From assembly GCA_965215145.1 (NCBI GenBank), contig OZ244038.1:1340579-1404578 (forward strand): a stretch of 64,000 bases of DNA, given 5' to 3'. Shown piece by piece: positions 48,972 to 60,141 of this stretch. Source of the stretch: Rhodothermales bacterium. GTDB lineage: Bacteria; Bacteroidota; Rhodothermia; Rhodothermales; JANQRZ01. The translations under genes were made by a program, and so were the position numbers. Each line of letters begins with the position of its first letter. The stretch's first letter is position 1. The notes beneath the pieces were generated by a model, which worked only from the letters and a program-made list of their open reading frames with translations, had not been told where the DNA came from and did not search any database.

Positions 48972-49943
48972 CTACGCGCTCCCCTCCCGTTCTTCCCCGT
49001 CGCGCTCGAAGGCCAGCCGCGCCGCGCCGAGCAGGGCGACCTCGTTGCCGAGCGTCTCGCGCACGAGTTCGACGCCGTTGGCGAGGCCGGGCATCACGAA
49101 CCGGCGGAGCGCCGCGCGCGCCGGCTCCAGCAGGTACGGCCCCGCCGCCGAGATCCCCCCGCCGACGACGACCTTGCGGATGTCGAGCACGTTGACGACG
49201 GAGCCGAGCGCGCAGCCGAGCTTGTGGCCCGCCCACGCCAGCATCTCGACGGCGGCCTCATCGCCGCCGCACGCCGCCTCGTGGAGCATCCGCGGGGTGA
49301 CGCCTTCGAGGTCGCGCTCGGTCATGTCGTGGAGGGCGCTCTCGCGGCGGAGGAGGTGGGCGCGGGCGTGGTGGGAGAGGAAGTGGAGCCCGAGGTACGC
49401 CTCGACGGCACCGGCCACGCCGCTCCGGGCGTACGGCCCCTCGTAGTCGATGGAGACGTGGCCGAGCTCGCCGGCCGCGCCGTGGGCGCCTCGGAAGATC
49501 TTCTTCTCATAGATGATGGCCCCGCCGACGCCGGTGCCGAGCGTGACCATGATGAAGTGCTCGAAGGGCCGCCCCGCGCCGTAGAACGCCGAGCCAAGCC
49601 CCGCCGCATTCGCGTCGTTCTCGACGACGGTCGGGAGGCCGAGCCGGCCTTCGAGCGCGCCCGCGAGGTCGAGGTCGCCCCAGCCGGGGAAGTTCGGCGG
49701 CTTCGAGACGGTCCGGCGGTCCCACGAGATCGCCCCCGGCGCGCCGACGCCGAGGCCGGCGGGCGGGGCCGCGTCGTCCCACACGTCGCGCACGGCGCGC
49801 TCGATCTGAGCGACGACGTGCTCGGGGCCGCGGTCGGCTTCGGTGGGGACGTGGGCCCGGCGGACGACCCCCGCGGCGCGCTCGACGAGCGCCGCCTTCA
49901 CGGTCGTCCCCCCGAGGTCCACGCCGATGGCGTGCTGCGCCAT
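48972..49943 (-). CDS. ROK-family sugar kinase (glucokinase-like)
   Basis: MAQHAIGVDLGGTTVKAALV.. ..VENDANAAGLGSAFYGAG.. ..GAAGELGHVSID... The Cys-rich zinc motif is reduced. Confidence 0.8.
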   Translation of the reverse strand: MAQHAIGVDLGGTTVKAALVERAAGVVRRAHVPTEADRGPEHVVAQIERAVRDVWDDAAPPAGLGVGAPGAISWDRRTVSKPPNFPGWGDLDLAGALEGRLGLPTVVENDANAAGLGSAFYGAGRPFEHFIMVTLGTGVGGAIIYEKKIFRGAHGAAGELGHVSIDYEGPYARSGVAGAVEAYLGLHFLSHHARAHLLRRESALHDMTERDLEGVTPRMLHEAACGGDEAAVEMLAWAGHKLGCALGSVVNVLDIRKVVVGGGISAAGPYLLEPARAALRRFVMPGLANGVELVRETLGNEVALLGAARLAFERDGEEREGSA

Positions 49944-50041
49944 GAACTATGAGGATGGAGGGTGGAGGATGGAAGATAGAAGGGCGGCCCGTGCGTGGGA
50001 GCCTTCCCAAAGCCGAGACCGCTAACCTCTATTCCGTCTTC

Positions 50042-50197
50042 TCAATCCGTCGTGGCAAGCAGGAAACCCTGCTGCACGACGACCATCCCACCCACGACGA
50101 CGTACCGGGCACCGACTGCGTTTAACGCTCGGCAGAGCGAGGCGAGGTCGGCGCGTTGGGGCGGGCGGGATGGCTCGCCCGTCGCTCCGTGTTCCAT
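50042..50197 (-). pseudogene. Possible truncated fragment of a nucleotidyltransferase-like gene
   Basis: The 51-codon ORF MEHGATGEPSRPPQRADLASLCRALNAVGARYVVVGGMVVVQQGFLLATTD* resembles only the N-terminal part of small nucleotidyltransferase-fold proteins. It sits in an unusually long 415-nt spacer. Confidence 0.25.
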
Positions 50198-50358
50198 GCT
50201 TCGAGCTCGGCGTGGCTCTTGAAACGGAAGAGCCTTCGGGGGGCGCGGTGTAGCCGGGGAGCGCGTGCCCGTCCGCTGGAGCCGGTCGAACCGCTCCGAG
50301 TAGGGCGGCAGGTTGCGCCCCCCGAGGACCCGCATCGAGCGTTCCGCGTCCGCCACGG

Positions 50359-50661
50359 TCAGTCCTCGACGGCCCCGACGGGGTAGACGGTCTCGCCGGC
50401 CCGGCGCATCCCGTACTGCTCGCGCGCGACCTCCTCGACGAGCGCGTCCGACAGCCCCGCCTCGATGCGCGTCTCCAGCGCCGCGTTGGCCGCCTCCAGC
50501 TCCCGGATCTCCTCCGTGAGCGCGGCGCGCTCCTGGGCGTACTGCACCCGCTTCAGCACGCTCGACCCGTCGAAGAACGCGAACCACAGCGCGACGGCAA
50601 CCAGCCCGACGAAGGCGAGTCGGCGGCGGAGCGTGGGGGAGAGGGTCGGGCGGACGGGCAT
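50359..50661 (-). CDS. ftsB: Septum formation initiator FtsB/DivIC family
   Basis: ATG 50661. Single TM (LAFVGLVAVALWFAFF), coiled coil (AQERAALTEEIRELEAANAALETRIE), then ..EEVAREQYGMRRAGETVY. Lies directly downstream of eno, the classic arrangement. Confidence 0.8.
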   Translation of the reverse strand: MPVRPTLSPTLRRRLAFVGLVAVALWFAFFDGSSVLKRVQYAQERAALTEEIRELEAANAALETRIEAGLSDALVEEVAREQYGMRRAGETVYPVGAVED

Positions 50662-50705
50662 CGCAGAGCGGCCGGGTTCGGCACAAGCTACGGCGGGCGA
50701 GCCCC

Positions 50706-52196
<1,491 letters not shown>

Positions 52197-53555
52197 TCAG
52201 CGCACGGCGGTGCGGCAGGAGCCCCAGCCGTAGGAGGCGCTGATCGTCTGGCCCGGCTTCCAGCCGAGGAAGAAGTACTCGTCGGACGTCGGGCCGGCGC
52301 GGTTGGATTGGGCGGCGGCCTGCGCGGCGGCGCGGGCGAGGTCGTCCTTGCCGGCGGCGCGGGCGGCCGAGGCGGCGCGGTTGAACCGGTCGGCGGCGCA
52401 CCAGTGACCGGCGCGGGCGCGGGCGTCGCCGCGGCCGACGGAGCGGGAGACGCTGCTGGCGATGAGGTAGAGCGACTCGGCGTGGTTGCCGTCGATCTCG
52501 AGGGCCTGGTTGGCGTAGTTCCGCGCGGCGGCGAGCTGGCCCTGCTCCTGCTTCACCGTGGCGATGGTGTAGTACACGTCGCGGCGCTGCGAGTCCTCCT
52601 CGGCCAGCTCGATGGCGCGCTCGTAGAACGAGAGGGCCTGCCCGTCATCCCCCTCCTCCTGCGCGGCCCGGGCGAGGCTCATCATCCGGCCGTAGGTCGG
52701 GTTGAGCTCGGCGACCAGGGGGAGGAGTTCGCGGCGGAGGGCGCTCGCCTCCTCGGGCGTCTCGAAGTACTCGCCGCCGAGCTGGGAGACGAAGGTGAAG
52801 AACTGCTCCAGCTCCTCGTCGCTGAGGGCGGCGCGGCCCCCCTCGCGGTACTTCTCGACGAGGTAGTCCATCTGCTCACGCGGGGTCGAGATGAGCGTCG
52901 AGAGGATGTTCTCCTCGATGTAGCTCGGGTCGTCGGCCAGCGGCATCAGCTCCTCCTCGATGAAGATCCGCGTCCCGCGCTTGGCCTCGGGGGTGTTCTC
53001 CGCGAGGGCGTCCTGGGCGCGGACGCCCGCGACGTAGTTGATGTAGTAGTCGCTGACCTCGTCGGGCTTGAGTTCGATGGCCTGGAGGTAGAGGTCGTCC
53101 ACCTCGGCCTGGCGGTCGGGGAAGTCCTCGGGGTGCTCGCGGAGGAACGAGCCCTGCTTGATGTACCAGTAGTAGGGGTCGACGTCGGCGCCGGCGTCCT
53201 GCATCGTGGGCACCGCCGTGTCCAGCACGTTCATCGCCTTGGCGAGGAAGTCGGCGCGCCGGTCGGGGGTGCGGACGGCGAGGCTGTCGTAGACCTCGAC
53301 GGCGCGGCGGAGGTTGCGGTCGTCGGGGCTCGGGCCGCCGAAGGCGGGGGCGCAGGCCAGGAGCCACTCGAGGTCCGAGAGGGCGGCGTCGTAGGCCTCG
53401 GCCTTGTAGTTCTCGTAGTAGAGGCTGTACTTGACGCGCTTCTCCTGCTCCTCGACCTCGCAGTCCGGGTCGGCCGTCTGCGCGGACGCGGCGGCCGGGG
53501 CCAGCCCGAGGGCGGCGAAGGGGAGCAGAATCAGGGCGAGCAGCAGGCGATTCAT
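52197..53555 (-). CDS. Secreted TPR-repeat protein
   Basis: ATG 53555 with signal MNRLLLALILLPFAALGLAPAAASAQ. Multiple TPR-like helical pairs (..ALSFYERAIELAEEDSQRRDVYYTIATVKQEQGQLAAARNYANQALEIDG..). Confidence 0.6.
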   Translation of the reverse strand: MNRLLLALILLPFAALGLAPAAASAQTADPDCEVEEQEKRVKYSLYYENYKAEAYDAALSDLEWLLACAPAFGGPSPDDRNLRRAVEVYDSLAVRTPDRRADFLAKAMNVLDTAVPTMQDAGADVDPYYWYIKQGSFLREHPEDFPDRQAEVDDLYLQAIELKPDEVSDYYINYVAGVRAQDALAENTPEAKRGTRIFIEEELMPLADDPSYIEENILSTLISTPREQMDYLVEKYREGGRAALSDEELEQFFTFVSQLGGEYFETPEEASALRRELLPLVAELNPTYGRMMSLARAAQEEGDDGQALSFYERAIELAEEDSQRRDVYYTIATVKQEQGQLAAARNYANQALEIDGNHAESLYLIASSVSRSVGRGDARARAGHWCAADRFNRAASAARAAGKDDLARAAAQAAAQSNRAGPTSDEYFFLGWKPGQTISASYGWGSCRTAVR

Positions 53556-53596
53556 CGGAGGGGAGTGCGGTCTGGCGGGGTGGGGGTCGGGCGGCC

Positions 53597-54934
53597 TCAG
53601 CCGAAGCGGCGGCGGACGAACCACCGCTCGCCGAAGTTGATCGTGGCCGTGGCCTTAATAAACAAATCCCGAACCAATCCCGCCTCCGTCGTGCCGCGCG
53701 TGCCGGCCTCGAAGCCGAGGTCGAAGCGGGTGCCGGGGCGGACGGCGGGGAGGCTGAGGCCGCCGGTCACGGCGAGGGTCGAGAGGGGCTCGCCGCCGGG
53801 GGCGTAGAAGGCGCGGTCGTAGTAGCCGCCGAGGCGGTAGGCCGTGCGGGCGAAGTAGCCCGCCGTCCGGTCCACGCCGCCGGGGACGAACTGGAAGCCG
53901 CCGCCGAGGCGGAGGCGGTCGCGGAGGTCGTCGACGGCGGCCTCGCCGCCGGCCGCCGGGGCGAAGCCGCCGAGCGCGAGCGTGCTCTCGAAGGCGCTCC
54001 ACGGCTCGTAGGTCGCGTCGGCGGCGAGGGTCCACCGCTCGTTGGGGAGGTACGAGAAGCCGGCCTGGAGCTGGAGCGGGAGCGTGGCGTCGCCGGCGAT
54101 CTCGGTGCGGAGGGTGTCCTGGTCGAGCGAGATCCCGCGGGTCCGGACGCGGCGGAGCTCGAGCGCCGTCGGCAGCGTGAGGGCTGCGCCGACGGAGAGC
54201 GCGTCGCGCTCGCCGAGGAGGCGGCGCGCCGAGACCAGGGCGCCGAGGGTGGCGCCGAACCCCCACATCTGCGTGCGCCGCGTCGTCCGCGTCTCGCCGA
54301 GGCCGCCGCTGAGGAACGCCGTCCGCTGGCGGTCCTCGATGACCCCGAAGAGCGCGTTCGCGCTGGCCCCCACGGCGACGGCCTGCGAGAGCCGCCAGCC
54401 CACGCCGAGCTTGACCTCCTGGAGCCCGCCGTCCCCCTCGAGGTTGAGGTCGTAGTCGATGGCGCCGTCCGGGAGGTCGTCGTTCTCGATGGTCCCCTCG
54501 CGCACGACGAGGTAGCTCACGCGGCTGTACGGCCGGAAGGCGAGCGTGGCGCCGATCCGGTTGCTCTGGATGGGCAGGCTCAGCTGGAGCCCCGAGATCC
54601 CCGTCTCCGTCAGCCGGGCGTCCTCGCCCGTGGCGTCCTCGGCCCGGAGGCCCTGCACGCGCGCGCCGAGCGAGAGCTGCACGAGCGACTGGTCGCTCCA
54701 GAGGGCGGGGTTCGCGAGGCCGGCGTACGTGCCCGAGCGGATCGCCACGGCGGCGCCCCCCATCATCTCGGCCTGCGACGACGCGAACGAGAGCCGCTCG
54801 CCGACGCCGAAGCGGGAGTAGACGCTGCCGGCGTTCCTATTGGTCTGAGCAAGCGCGGCGGGCGCGCTCAGGGCGCCGGCGGTGAGGACACATCCCAGCG
54901 CCAGAGCTGGGATCAGAAGGGGGCGGAGGCGCAT
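53597..54934 (-). CDS. Outer-membrane beta-barrel protein, FadL/PorV-superfamily-like
   Basis: Signal peptide. N-terminal ..SSQAEMMGGAAVAIRSGTYAGLANPALWS resembles the hatch/first-strand motif of FadL/PorV-type barrels. C-terminal ..INFGERWFVRRRFG. Confidence 0.5.
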   Translation of the reverse strand: MRLRPLLIPALALGCVLTAGALSAPAALAQTNRNAGSVYSRFGVGERLSFASSQAEMMGGAAVAIRSGTYAGLANPALWSDQSLVQLSLGARVQGLRAEDATGEDARLTETGISGLQLSLPIQSNRIGATLAFRPYSRVSYLVVREGTIENDDLPDGAIDYDLNLEGDGGLQEVKLGVGWRLSQAVAVGASANALFGVIEDRQRTAFLSGGLGETRTTRRTQMWGFGATLGALVSARRLLGERDALSVGAALTLPTALELRRVRTRGISLDQDTLRTEIAGDATLPLQLQAGFSYLPNERWTLAADATYEPWSAFESTLALGGFAPAAGGEAAVDDLRDRLRLGGGFQFVPGGVDRTAGYFARTAYRLGGYYDRAFYAPGGEPLSTLAVTGGLSLPAVRPGTRFDLGFEAGTRGTTEAGLVRDLFIKATATINFGERWFVRRRFG

Positions 54935-54976
54935 GGGCTCGGCGGGGCGGTCGGGCGTCCGGGGAACGGTCGCGGG

Positions 54977-56206
54977 TCAGTCGTCGGTCGGGACGGTGAG
55001 GATGACGGCGCGGGGGCGGGCCGCGCACGCGGCGCTCGCCTCGGCGCACAGCGCGATGGCGGCCAGCTCCGAGGGGTTCGAGGGGAACCCGACCGCGAAC
55101 GCGTCGAAGTCGGCCTCGTCGGGCCCGCTGAGGAGGACGTTCTGGAGCACGGCGGCGAGGCCGGCGGACGAGAACGCGTACTGCTGCGTCTCGGGGTCGA
55201 GCTCGGCGTCGGTGATGGCGACGGGCACGCTCTGGCCGAGGCCGTAGAGCGTGAGCGTCCGCGCCACCGGGCGCTCGAAGCCCTCCGGCGCCGGCAGCGT
55301 CGTGTCGGCCTCCAGAAGGACGAAGGCGCCGGTCACGGCGGGCCGGTTGAGCCCGGCGAAGTCGAAGGTGAGCTCCAGCCCCACGCCGCCGCCGTCTACG
55401 AGGGGGACCAGCCCGGCCGGGAGCGCGCCTGCCTCGGCGTCGCGCTCGACGTTGGTGAAGAGCTCGACGGCGCCGAAGTCCAGCGTGTCCGGCCCGTCCG
55501 CGTCGGCGTCGAAGTCGCTGATGAGCCGGAGCTCCGAGCGCCCGAGGACGCCGCGGGCGAAGCCGTTCTCCTCGCGGGGGCGGATCTCGAAGCCGTGGAA
55601 GTTCTGGCCGGCCTCTAGGCTGCGGAGGGTCGCGTCGTTCTCGGCCACCCACTCCGCCGGGAGCCGCACCTCGACGAGCGAGTCCTCCGGCGCGATCTCG
55701 AACGAGAGGATCGCCTCCTCCTCGGTCGGCAGCGTGGAGTCCGAGCGGACGGCGGGCGCGTTCCACTCCTCCGCCACCTGGTACAGGTCCACCGTGATGG
55801 GCGCCCCCGTCTCGCCGTAGAGCCCGTCGAGCTGGAGGGCGAGGATGGCCGCGTCGAGCGCGATCTGGCGGAACCGGCTCGGGACGTCGGAAGGCGGGGA
55901 GAAGTCGGCGTAGGCGCGGGCCGTGGTGACGCCGAAGGCCGGGTCGTCCACGCGGCCCGCCCAGGCCCGGAACGTCCCGAAAGCGGGGTCGAGCGCGGAG
56001 GCGCCCCCCGTTGCGTCGGCGAGCGAGTCGGCCTCGGCGGTCTCGGCGGCGAAGGTGCGCGCGCGCGGGTCGCTCTCGCCGGAGTCGAGCACGTCGAGCC
56101 CGACGGCGGAGGGGTCCTCGCAGGCGGCCAGCGCGAGGGCGGCGAGCAGGAAGCAGGACGCGGCGAGGCGGGGGGACGGCCGGCGGCCGGCGCGGGGTGG
56201 GGTCAT
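54977..56206 (-). CDS. DUF4270-like lipoprotein
   Basis: ATG 56206, lipobox LLAALALAACED. Its position immediately downstream of the short GlgA-like gene matches the Bacteroidota synteny I recall. The family call is from context and is weak. Confidence 0.4.
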   Translation of the reverse strand: MTPPRAGRRPSPRLAASCFLLAALALAACEDPSAVGLDVLDSGESDPRARTFAAETAEADSLADATGGASALDPAFGTFRAWAGRVDDPAFGVTTARAYADFSPPSDVPSRFRQIALDAAILALQLDGLYGETGAPITVDLYQVAEEWNAPAVRSDSTLPTEEEAILSFEIAPEDSLVEVRLPAEWVAENDATLRSLEAGQNFHGFEIRPREENGFARGVLGRSELRLISDFDADADGPDTLDFGAVELFTNVERDAEAGALPAGLVPLVDGGGVGLELTFDFAGLNRPAVTGAFVLLEADTTLPAPEGFERPVARTLTLYGLGQSVPVAITDAELDPETQQYAFSSAGLAAVLQNVLLSGPDEADFDAFAVGFPSNPSELAAIALCAEASAACAARPRAVILTVPTDD

Positions 56207-56456
56207 CAAGGCGGGCTGCTGAGGCCGCCCCCAGGGCGGCACGGCGGGAGGGGGTGCGGCGTGCGGACGCCGCACGGTGGGCGCTCCCGTGAACGGGCGG
56301 CCCGCGCCGATCCGTGTGTGCGGGCGGGCTCGGGTAGTAAAGAACGGCCCCGTGCCGCGCCAGGAGGGGGGAAGAGTTGGCGAAATGCCGGCTCCCCGCG
56401 CGTGGCGTGCGGGCCGGTGTCTCCCGACCCGCACGGGCGACGCTGTACGTGCCGCG

Positions 56457-57218
56457 CTAGGCTGTGATCTCCGCGCCGGTGAGCCGCTGGTAGAGTGCCG
56501 TCGCCCGCTCGGCGGCCTCGTCGGCATCGCCGGAGAGGTCCGTGGCGCCGTCGGTCGCCGTGCCCTCGACGCCCACCGCCACGGCGTCGGCGTAGGCGGC
56601 GCCGACCTCGCGGATCTCCTGCCCGGCCACGTCGGCGGGCAGCCCGAGCGCGGCGGCCTCCTCGGCGGTGAGGCGGACTTCGACCTCGGCCTCGTCGGGG
56701 GTGTAGACGGCCTTCGCGTCCTTGAACAGCTCGTCGTCGGCCCGCTCCGTCTTCAGCAGCGCCGGCACGAGCCCGGCGATCCACCCGCTGGCGTGGACGA
56801 CGTCCGGCGCCCAGCCGAGGTTCTCGACCGTCTTCAGCGCCGTCCGCGCGAAGTAGAGCGCGCGCTCGGCGTTGTCCTCGAAGAGCTGGTCGGTCTTCCG
56901 GTCCTTAAACGTCCCCTTCCGCTTGAAGTAGTGGACGTTGTCCATGAAGTAGACCTGGAGGCGGATGCCGGGGATCGAGGCGACCTTCACCTTCAGCGTC
57001 TCCTCCCGGTCCCCCACGGCGATCACGTCGCCGGAGAGGCGGATCACCTCGTGGAGCCGGTTCCGCCGCTCCGAGACGGTGCCGTAGCGCGGCATCACGA
57101 TGCGGACCTCGCAGCCGCCGGCCTCTTGGAGCCGCTCGGGGAGCTCGCGGAGCAGCTGGGCCACCTCCGTCGTCTTCGAGAAGGGGGCGACTTCGCCGGC
57201 AACGAACAGCACGCGCAT
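56457..57218 (-). CDS. Short glycogen/starch synthase-like protein (GT5 N-terminal domain type)
   Basis: MRVLFVAGEVAPFSKTTEVAQLLRELPERLQEAGGCEVRIVMPRYG.. matches the GlgA N-terminus. It is only 253 aa, as in the Bacteroidota short form. Confidence 0.65.
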   Translation of the reverse strand: MRVLFVAGEVAPFSKTTEVAQLLRELPERLQEAGGCEVRIVMPRYGTVSERRNRLHEVIRLSGDVIAVGDREETLKVKVASIPGIRLQVYFMDNVHYFKRKGTFKDRKTDQLFEDNAERALYFARTALKTVENLGWAPDVVHASGWIAGLVPALLKTERADDELFKDAKAVYTPDEAEVEVRLTAEEAAALGLPADVAGQEIREVGAAYADAVAVGVEGTATDGATDLSGDADEAAERATALYQRLTGAEITA

Positions 57219-57350
57219 AGGACAACGACCTCTGGTTCCGCCGCAGGACTCTTCGGGGCGGGGCGGCCTGCGGACACGCCCCAAACGGGCGGAATTTACG
57301 CCGTCGCGGCCTCCAATTCCAACCCCCGTATTCTTCGCCGGGCGGCGGCC

Positions 57351-58022
57351 TCAGCGGTACGGGTAGTACCGCGCCACGCGCTCGGGCGCGACGCCGGCCA
57401 GCCACGCCGCCCACAGCGCGAGGTTGCGGAGCTGCTGCCGGAGCGGCCCCACCGCCGCGAAACGCCGCGCCGAGGTCGTGACCGCCGCGTCGAGGAACAC
57501 GAACCGCCCGCGCCGCCGCACGGCCCGGACGAGGTCGAGGTCCTCGAAGAGCGGCTGCTCGGGGAAGCCGCCGGCCGCCTCGAACACGGCCCGCCGGACG
57601 AACAGCGCGCGGTCCCCGAAGGCGAACCGGTGCCAGCGCATCCACAGCGGCAGCGACCAGAGCCGGAGCCACAGCCCGCCCCGGTCGAAGGCGAGCCGGA
57701 AGCAGCCGCCGGCCACGGCCGGGTCTGCCAGCGCCTCCCGGACGTGGTCGAGAGCGCCCTCCGGGAGGCGGGTATCGGCGTGGAGGAAGAGGAGGGCGCC
57801 GCCGCCGGTCGCTGCCGCGCCCGCGTTCATCTGCCGCGCCCGCCCCCGCCCAGCCCGGAGCACCCGGACCCCGGCGTCCTCGGCCGCCCCCGGCGTCCCG
57901 TCTCCCGAGCCCCCGTCTACCACCACGGCGGACTTCGGCCCCGGCTGCCGCGCCACGCTCGCCAGCGTCCCAGGCAGGAGGGCCTCCTCGTTCAGCGCGG
58001 GGATGACGACGTCAACGGTCAT
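57351..58022 (-). CDS. Family-2 glycosyltransferase (small, TIGR04283-like)
   Basis: MTVDVVIPALNEE.. ..VVDGGSGDGT.. ..GRARQMNAGAA..LLFLHADTRLP.. ..FGDRALFVRR... ATG 58022 (alternative GTG 58043). Confidence 0.7.
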   Translation of the reverse strand: MTVDVVIPALNEEALLPGTLASVARQPGPKSAVVVDGGSGDGTPGAAEDAGVRVLRAGRGRARQMNAGAAATGGGALLFLHADTRLPEGALDHVREALADPAVAGGCFRLAFDRGGLWLRLWSLPLWMRWHRFAFGDRALFVRRAVFEAAGGFPEQPLFEDLDLVRAVRRRGRFVFLDAAVTTSARRFAAVGPLRQQLRNLALWAAWLAGVAPERVARYYPYR

Positions 58023-58086
58023 CCGTCCTCCGTCATCGGTCACCAGGGCACCCGCAAAGGGCGAATAACGAAGGACCAGGGACCCG

Positions 58087-58977
58087 TCACCAGTACATCA
58101 GCTTCATGCAGAACACGGAGCCGCCGGCCTTGAGGAACTCGCCGGTCTCGACCTCGATGGGCTCGAACCCCGCGTCGCGGAGCTGCCGGGCCGTCTCGCC
58201 GCAGCCGCGCTGGATGACGACGTGCTGGCCGTCCGGCGAGTGGGCGTTGCAGGCGAAGAGCCCGCGCGCCTCGTCCTCCGGCGCCTCGATGAGCCGCTCG
58301 AAGTAGTGCCCGATGAGGGCGCGGCCGTCGGCGTCGAAGGCGTCGGGGAAGAGGACGGCCGTGTGCTCGTCGAGCGGGCAGAGGCAGGTGTCGAGGTGGT
58401 AGAAGTCGGGGTCGGTGAGGCGGAGGGCGCAGACGGGGAAGCCGAGCTTGTCGCTCATCCGCTCGTAGACGGCGAGGTCGGTGCGGAAGCCGTAGCCGCC
58501 CCAGAGGAGGTACCGGCCGGGGTGCCAGATCGCGTCGCCCATGCCCTCGAAGTCGCCGGGGAGGTCGGGGTCGAGGCCGTGGACCTCGTAGCCCTCGGCC
58601 TCGAAGAACCGCGCGTAGTGCTCGACCTCCGGCTTCCGCTGGTCCGCGTGCATCCGGCTCATCAGCGCGCCCTTCTCCCCGCCGGGGGTCTGGTAGGGGA
58701 GGGTCTGGTTCGCGCAGAACACCATGTCCGGCAGCCCCTCCGCCCCGCCCACCTCCGCGACCTCGACGCCGATCTGCTCGTAGGTGCCGCGGAGCGCGTC
58801 CCACTGCCGCCGCGCCTCCTCGACGTCCACGGTGCCGACGTTGCCGGCCATGTGGGGGTTGATGACGTAGGCGACCCGGAAGTGCTCCGGGGTCGTGAGG
58901 AGGACCCGGTCCGGGCGGGGGATCTGCGGGAGGGCGTCGAGCGCGGGGAGCGCGTCACCCACGCGGGTGTGGACCAT
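58087..58977 (-). CDS. Amidinotransferase/DDAH-superfamily (guanidino-group modifying) enzyme
   Basis: ATG 58977. ..FRVAYVINPHM.. ..PDMVFCANQ.. ..FYHLDTCLCPL.. ..KAGGSVFCMKLMYW carries a C-terminal nucleophile Cys context. Confidence 0.7.
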   Translation of the reverse strand: MVHTRVGDALPALDALPQIPRPDRVLLTTPEHFRVAYVINPHMAGNVGTVDVEEARRQWDALRGTYEQIGVEVAEVGGAEGLPDMVFCANQTLPYQTPGGEKGALMSRMHADQRKPEVEHYARFFEAEGYEVHGLDPDLPGDFEGMGDAIWHPGRYLLWGGYGFRTDLAVYERMSDKLGFPVCALRLTDPDFYHLDTCLCPLDEHTAVLFPDAFDADGRALIGHYFERLIEAPEDEARGLFACNAHSPDGQHVVIQRGCGETARQLRDAGFEPIEVETGEFLKAGGSVFCMKLMYW

Positions 58978-59036
58978 CGGCGTGCGGAGCGGGGGGCGAG
59001 AACGGCGCGCGGAATCTACGCCGCGCCCGCCATGCC

Positions 59037-59993
59037 TCACACGTCCTCGTAGTCGCTCAGCGTGCGGAGCACGTCGTTGCCCACGAACCCCCGCACGGTG
59101 ACGCCGTCGGCGGTCTCGCGGACGCGGACGTCGTCGAGGGCGTCGAGGACGGCGGGCTCCGAGGCCGCCGAGATCTTCATCGCCGCGACGCCGCCGCGGA
59201 CGAGGTCGGCCACGGCCTTCCGGTCGGCGTCGGGGGCGGTCAGGCCGACGGCGGAGACGGTGAGCCCGTCGCGCTCGAACCCGACCGAGATCACCGCGTC
59301 GCGGACCATCCGCCCGGCCTCGCCGAAGGGGCTGTCGGTCCGCTCGGCGGAGGCCGCCTCGACGTTGCGGATGAAGGCCCACATCCCGTCGGGGTAGGTG
59401 GCGCGGCGGATGAGCGCCATCGCGTCCGCGTCGGCGGCGAGGCCGGTGCCGTTGCCGGCGAGGCGGTCCAGCATCGCCTCGACGCCGGCCCGGTCCGAGG
59501 CGACGATCATGTCGTCGTTGACGAGGGCGAACGCCATCTCGTCGTCGTCCTCGTAGTAGACGGGCACGTCGGCGTAGGTCGTGCGCCGGAGCTCCCCCTC
59601 GGCCTCCTCGCTCACGTAGGCGTCGAGGCGCGTGCGGTCGTAGTCGGCATAGATGACGAGCGCGGGCGGGGCGCCCTCGCGCGCGGCGGCGAAGTAGACC
59701 CGGCGGACGTCCTCCTCGGGGTCGAACCCGGTGGCGCGGACGAAGTCGTCGAAGCGGGCGGCGCTCTCCGGGTCGAGGCCCGACATCGGCGAGTCGCCCT
59801 CAGTGAACAGCGTGTAGGCGGCCGAGGACTGGACGGCCTCCATGTCGACCATGCCGACCATCTGGACGTCGGCGGGGAGGACCTCGAGCGCGCTCCGGGT
59901 CTGGAGGGTGAGCTCGGCGGGGGCCTCGACGGCGCTCTCGCAGGCCGCGAGGCCGAGGGCGAGCGGGAGGAGGAGAAGCGGGCGGACGCGCAT
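59037..59993 (-). CDS. Lipoprotein, unknown function
   Basis: Lipobox LALGLAACES. Acidic 300-aa mature part, no motif recognised. Confidence 0.5.
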   Translation of the reverse strand: MRVRPLLLLPLALGLAACESAVEAPAELTLQTRSALEVLPADVQMVGMVDMEAVQSSAAYTLFTEGDSPMSGLDPESAARFDDFVRATGFDPEEDVRRVYFAAAREGAPPALVIYADYDRTRLDAYVSEEAEGELRRTTYADVPVYYEDDDEMAFALVNDDMIVASDRAGVEAMLDRLAGNGTGLAADADAMALIRRATYPDGMWAFIRNVEAASAERTDSPFGEAGRMVRDAVISVGFERDGLTVSAVGLTAPDADRKAVADLVRGGVAAMKISAASEPAVLDALDDVRVRETADGVTVRGFVGNDVLRTLSDYEDV

Positions 59994-60141
59994 GGGGCGG
60001 AGAGTCTACGAGGAGGGAGCGGACGTATTCGAGTCGAGCGGAGGCTAGGTTGCAGGGGCACCGAGTTTTGAGTCGCGGGTTGTGAGTTCTGGGTGATGAG
60101 TCCTCCTACGAGCCCCGCGGTGGGGGGCGCTTCATAGGTTC

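Noticed and set aside
45800-49195. 1131-aa plus-strand ORF opposite the LptD-like and ROK kinase genes
   Set aside because: It is an Arg/Gly/Glu/Pro/Val-rich mirror translation with no motifs. It overlaps two well-supported minus-strand genes.
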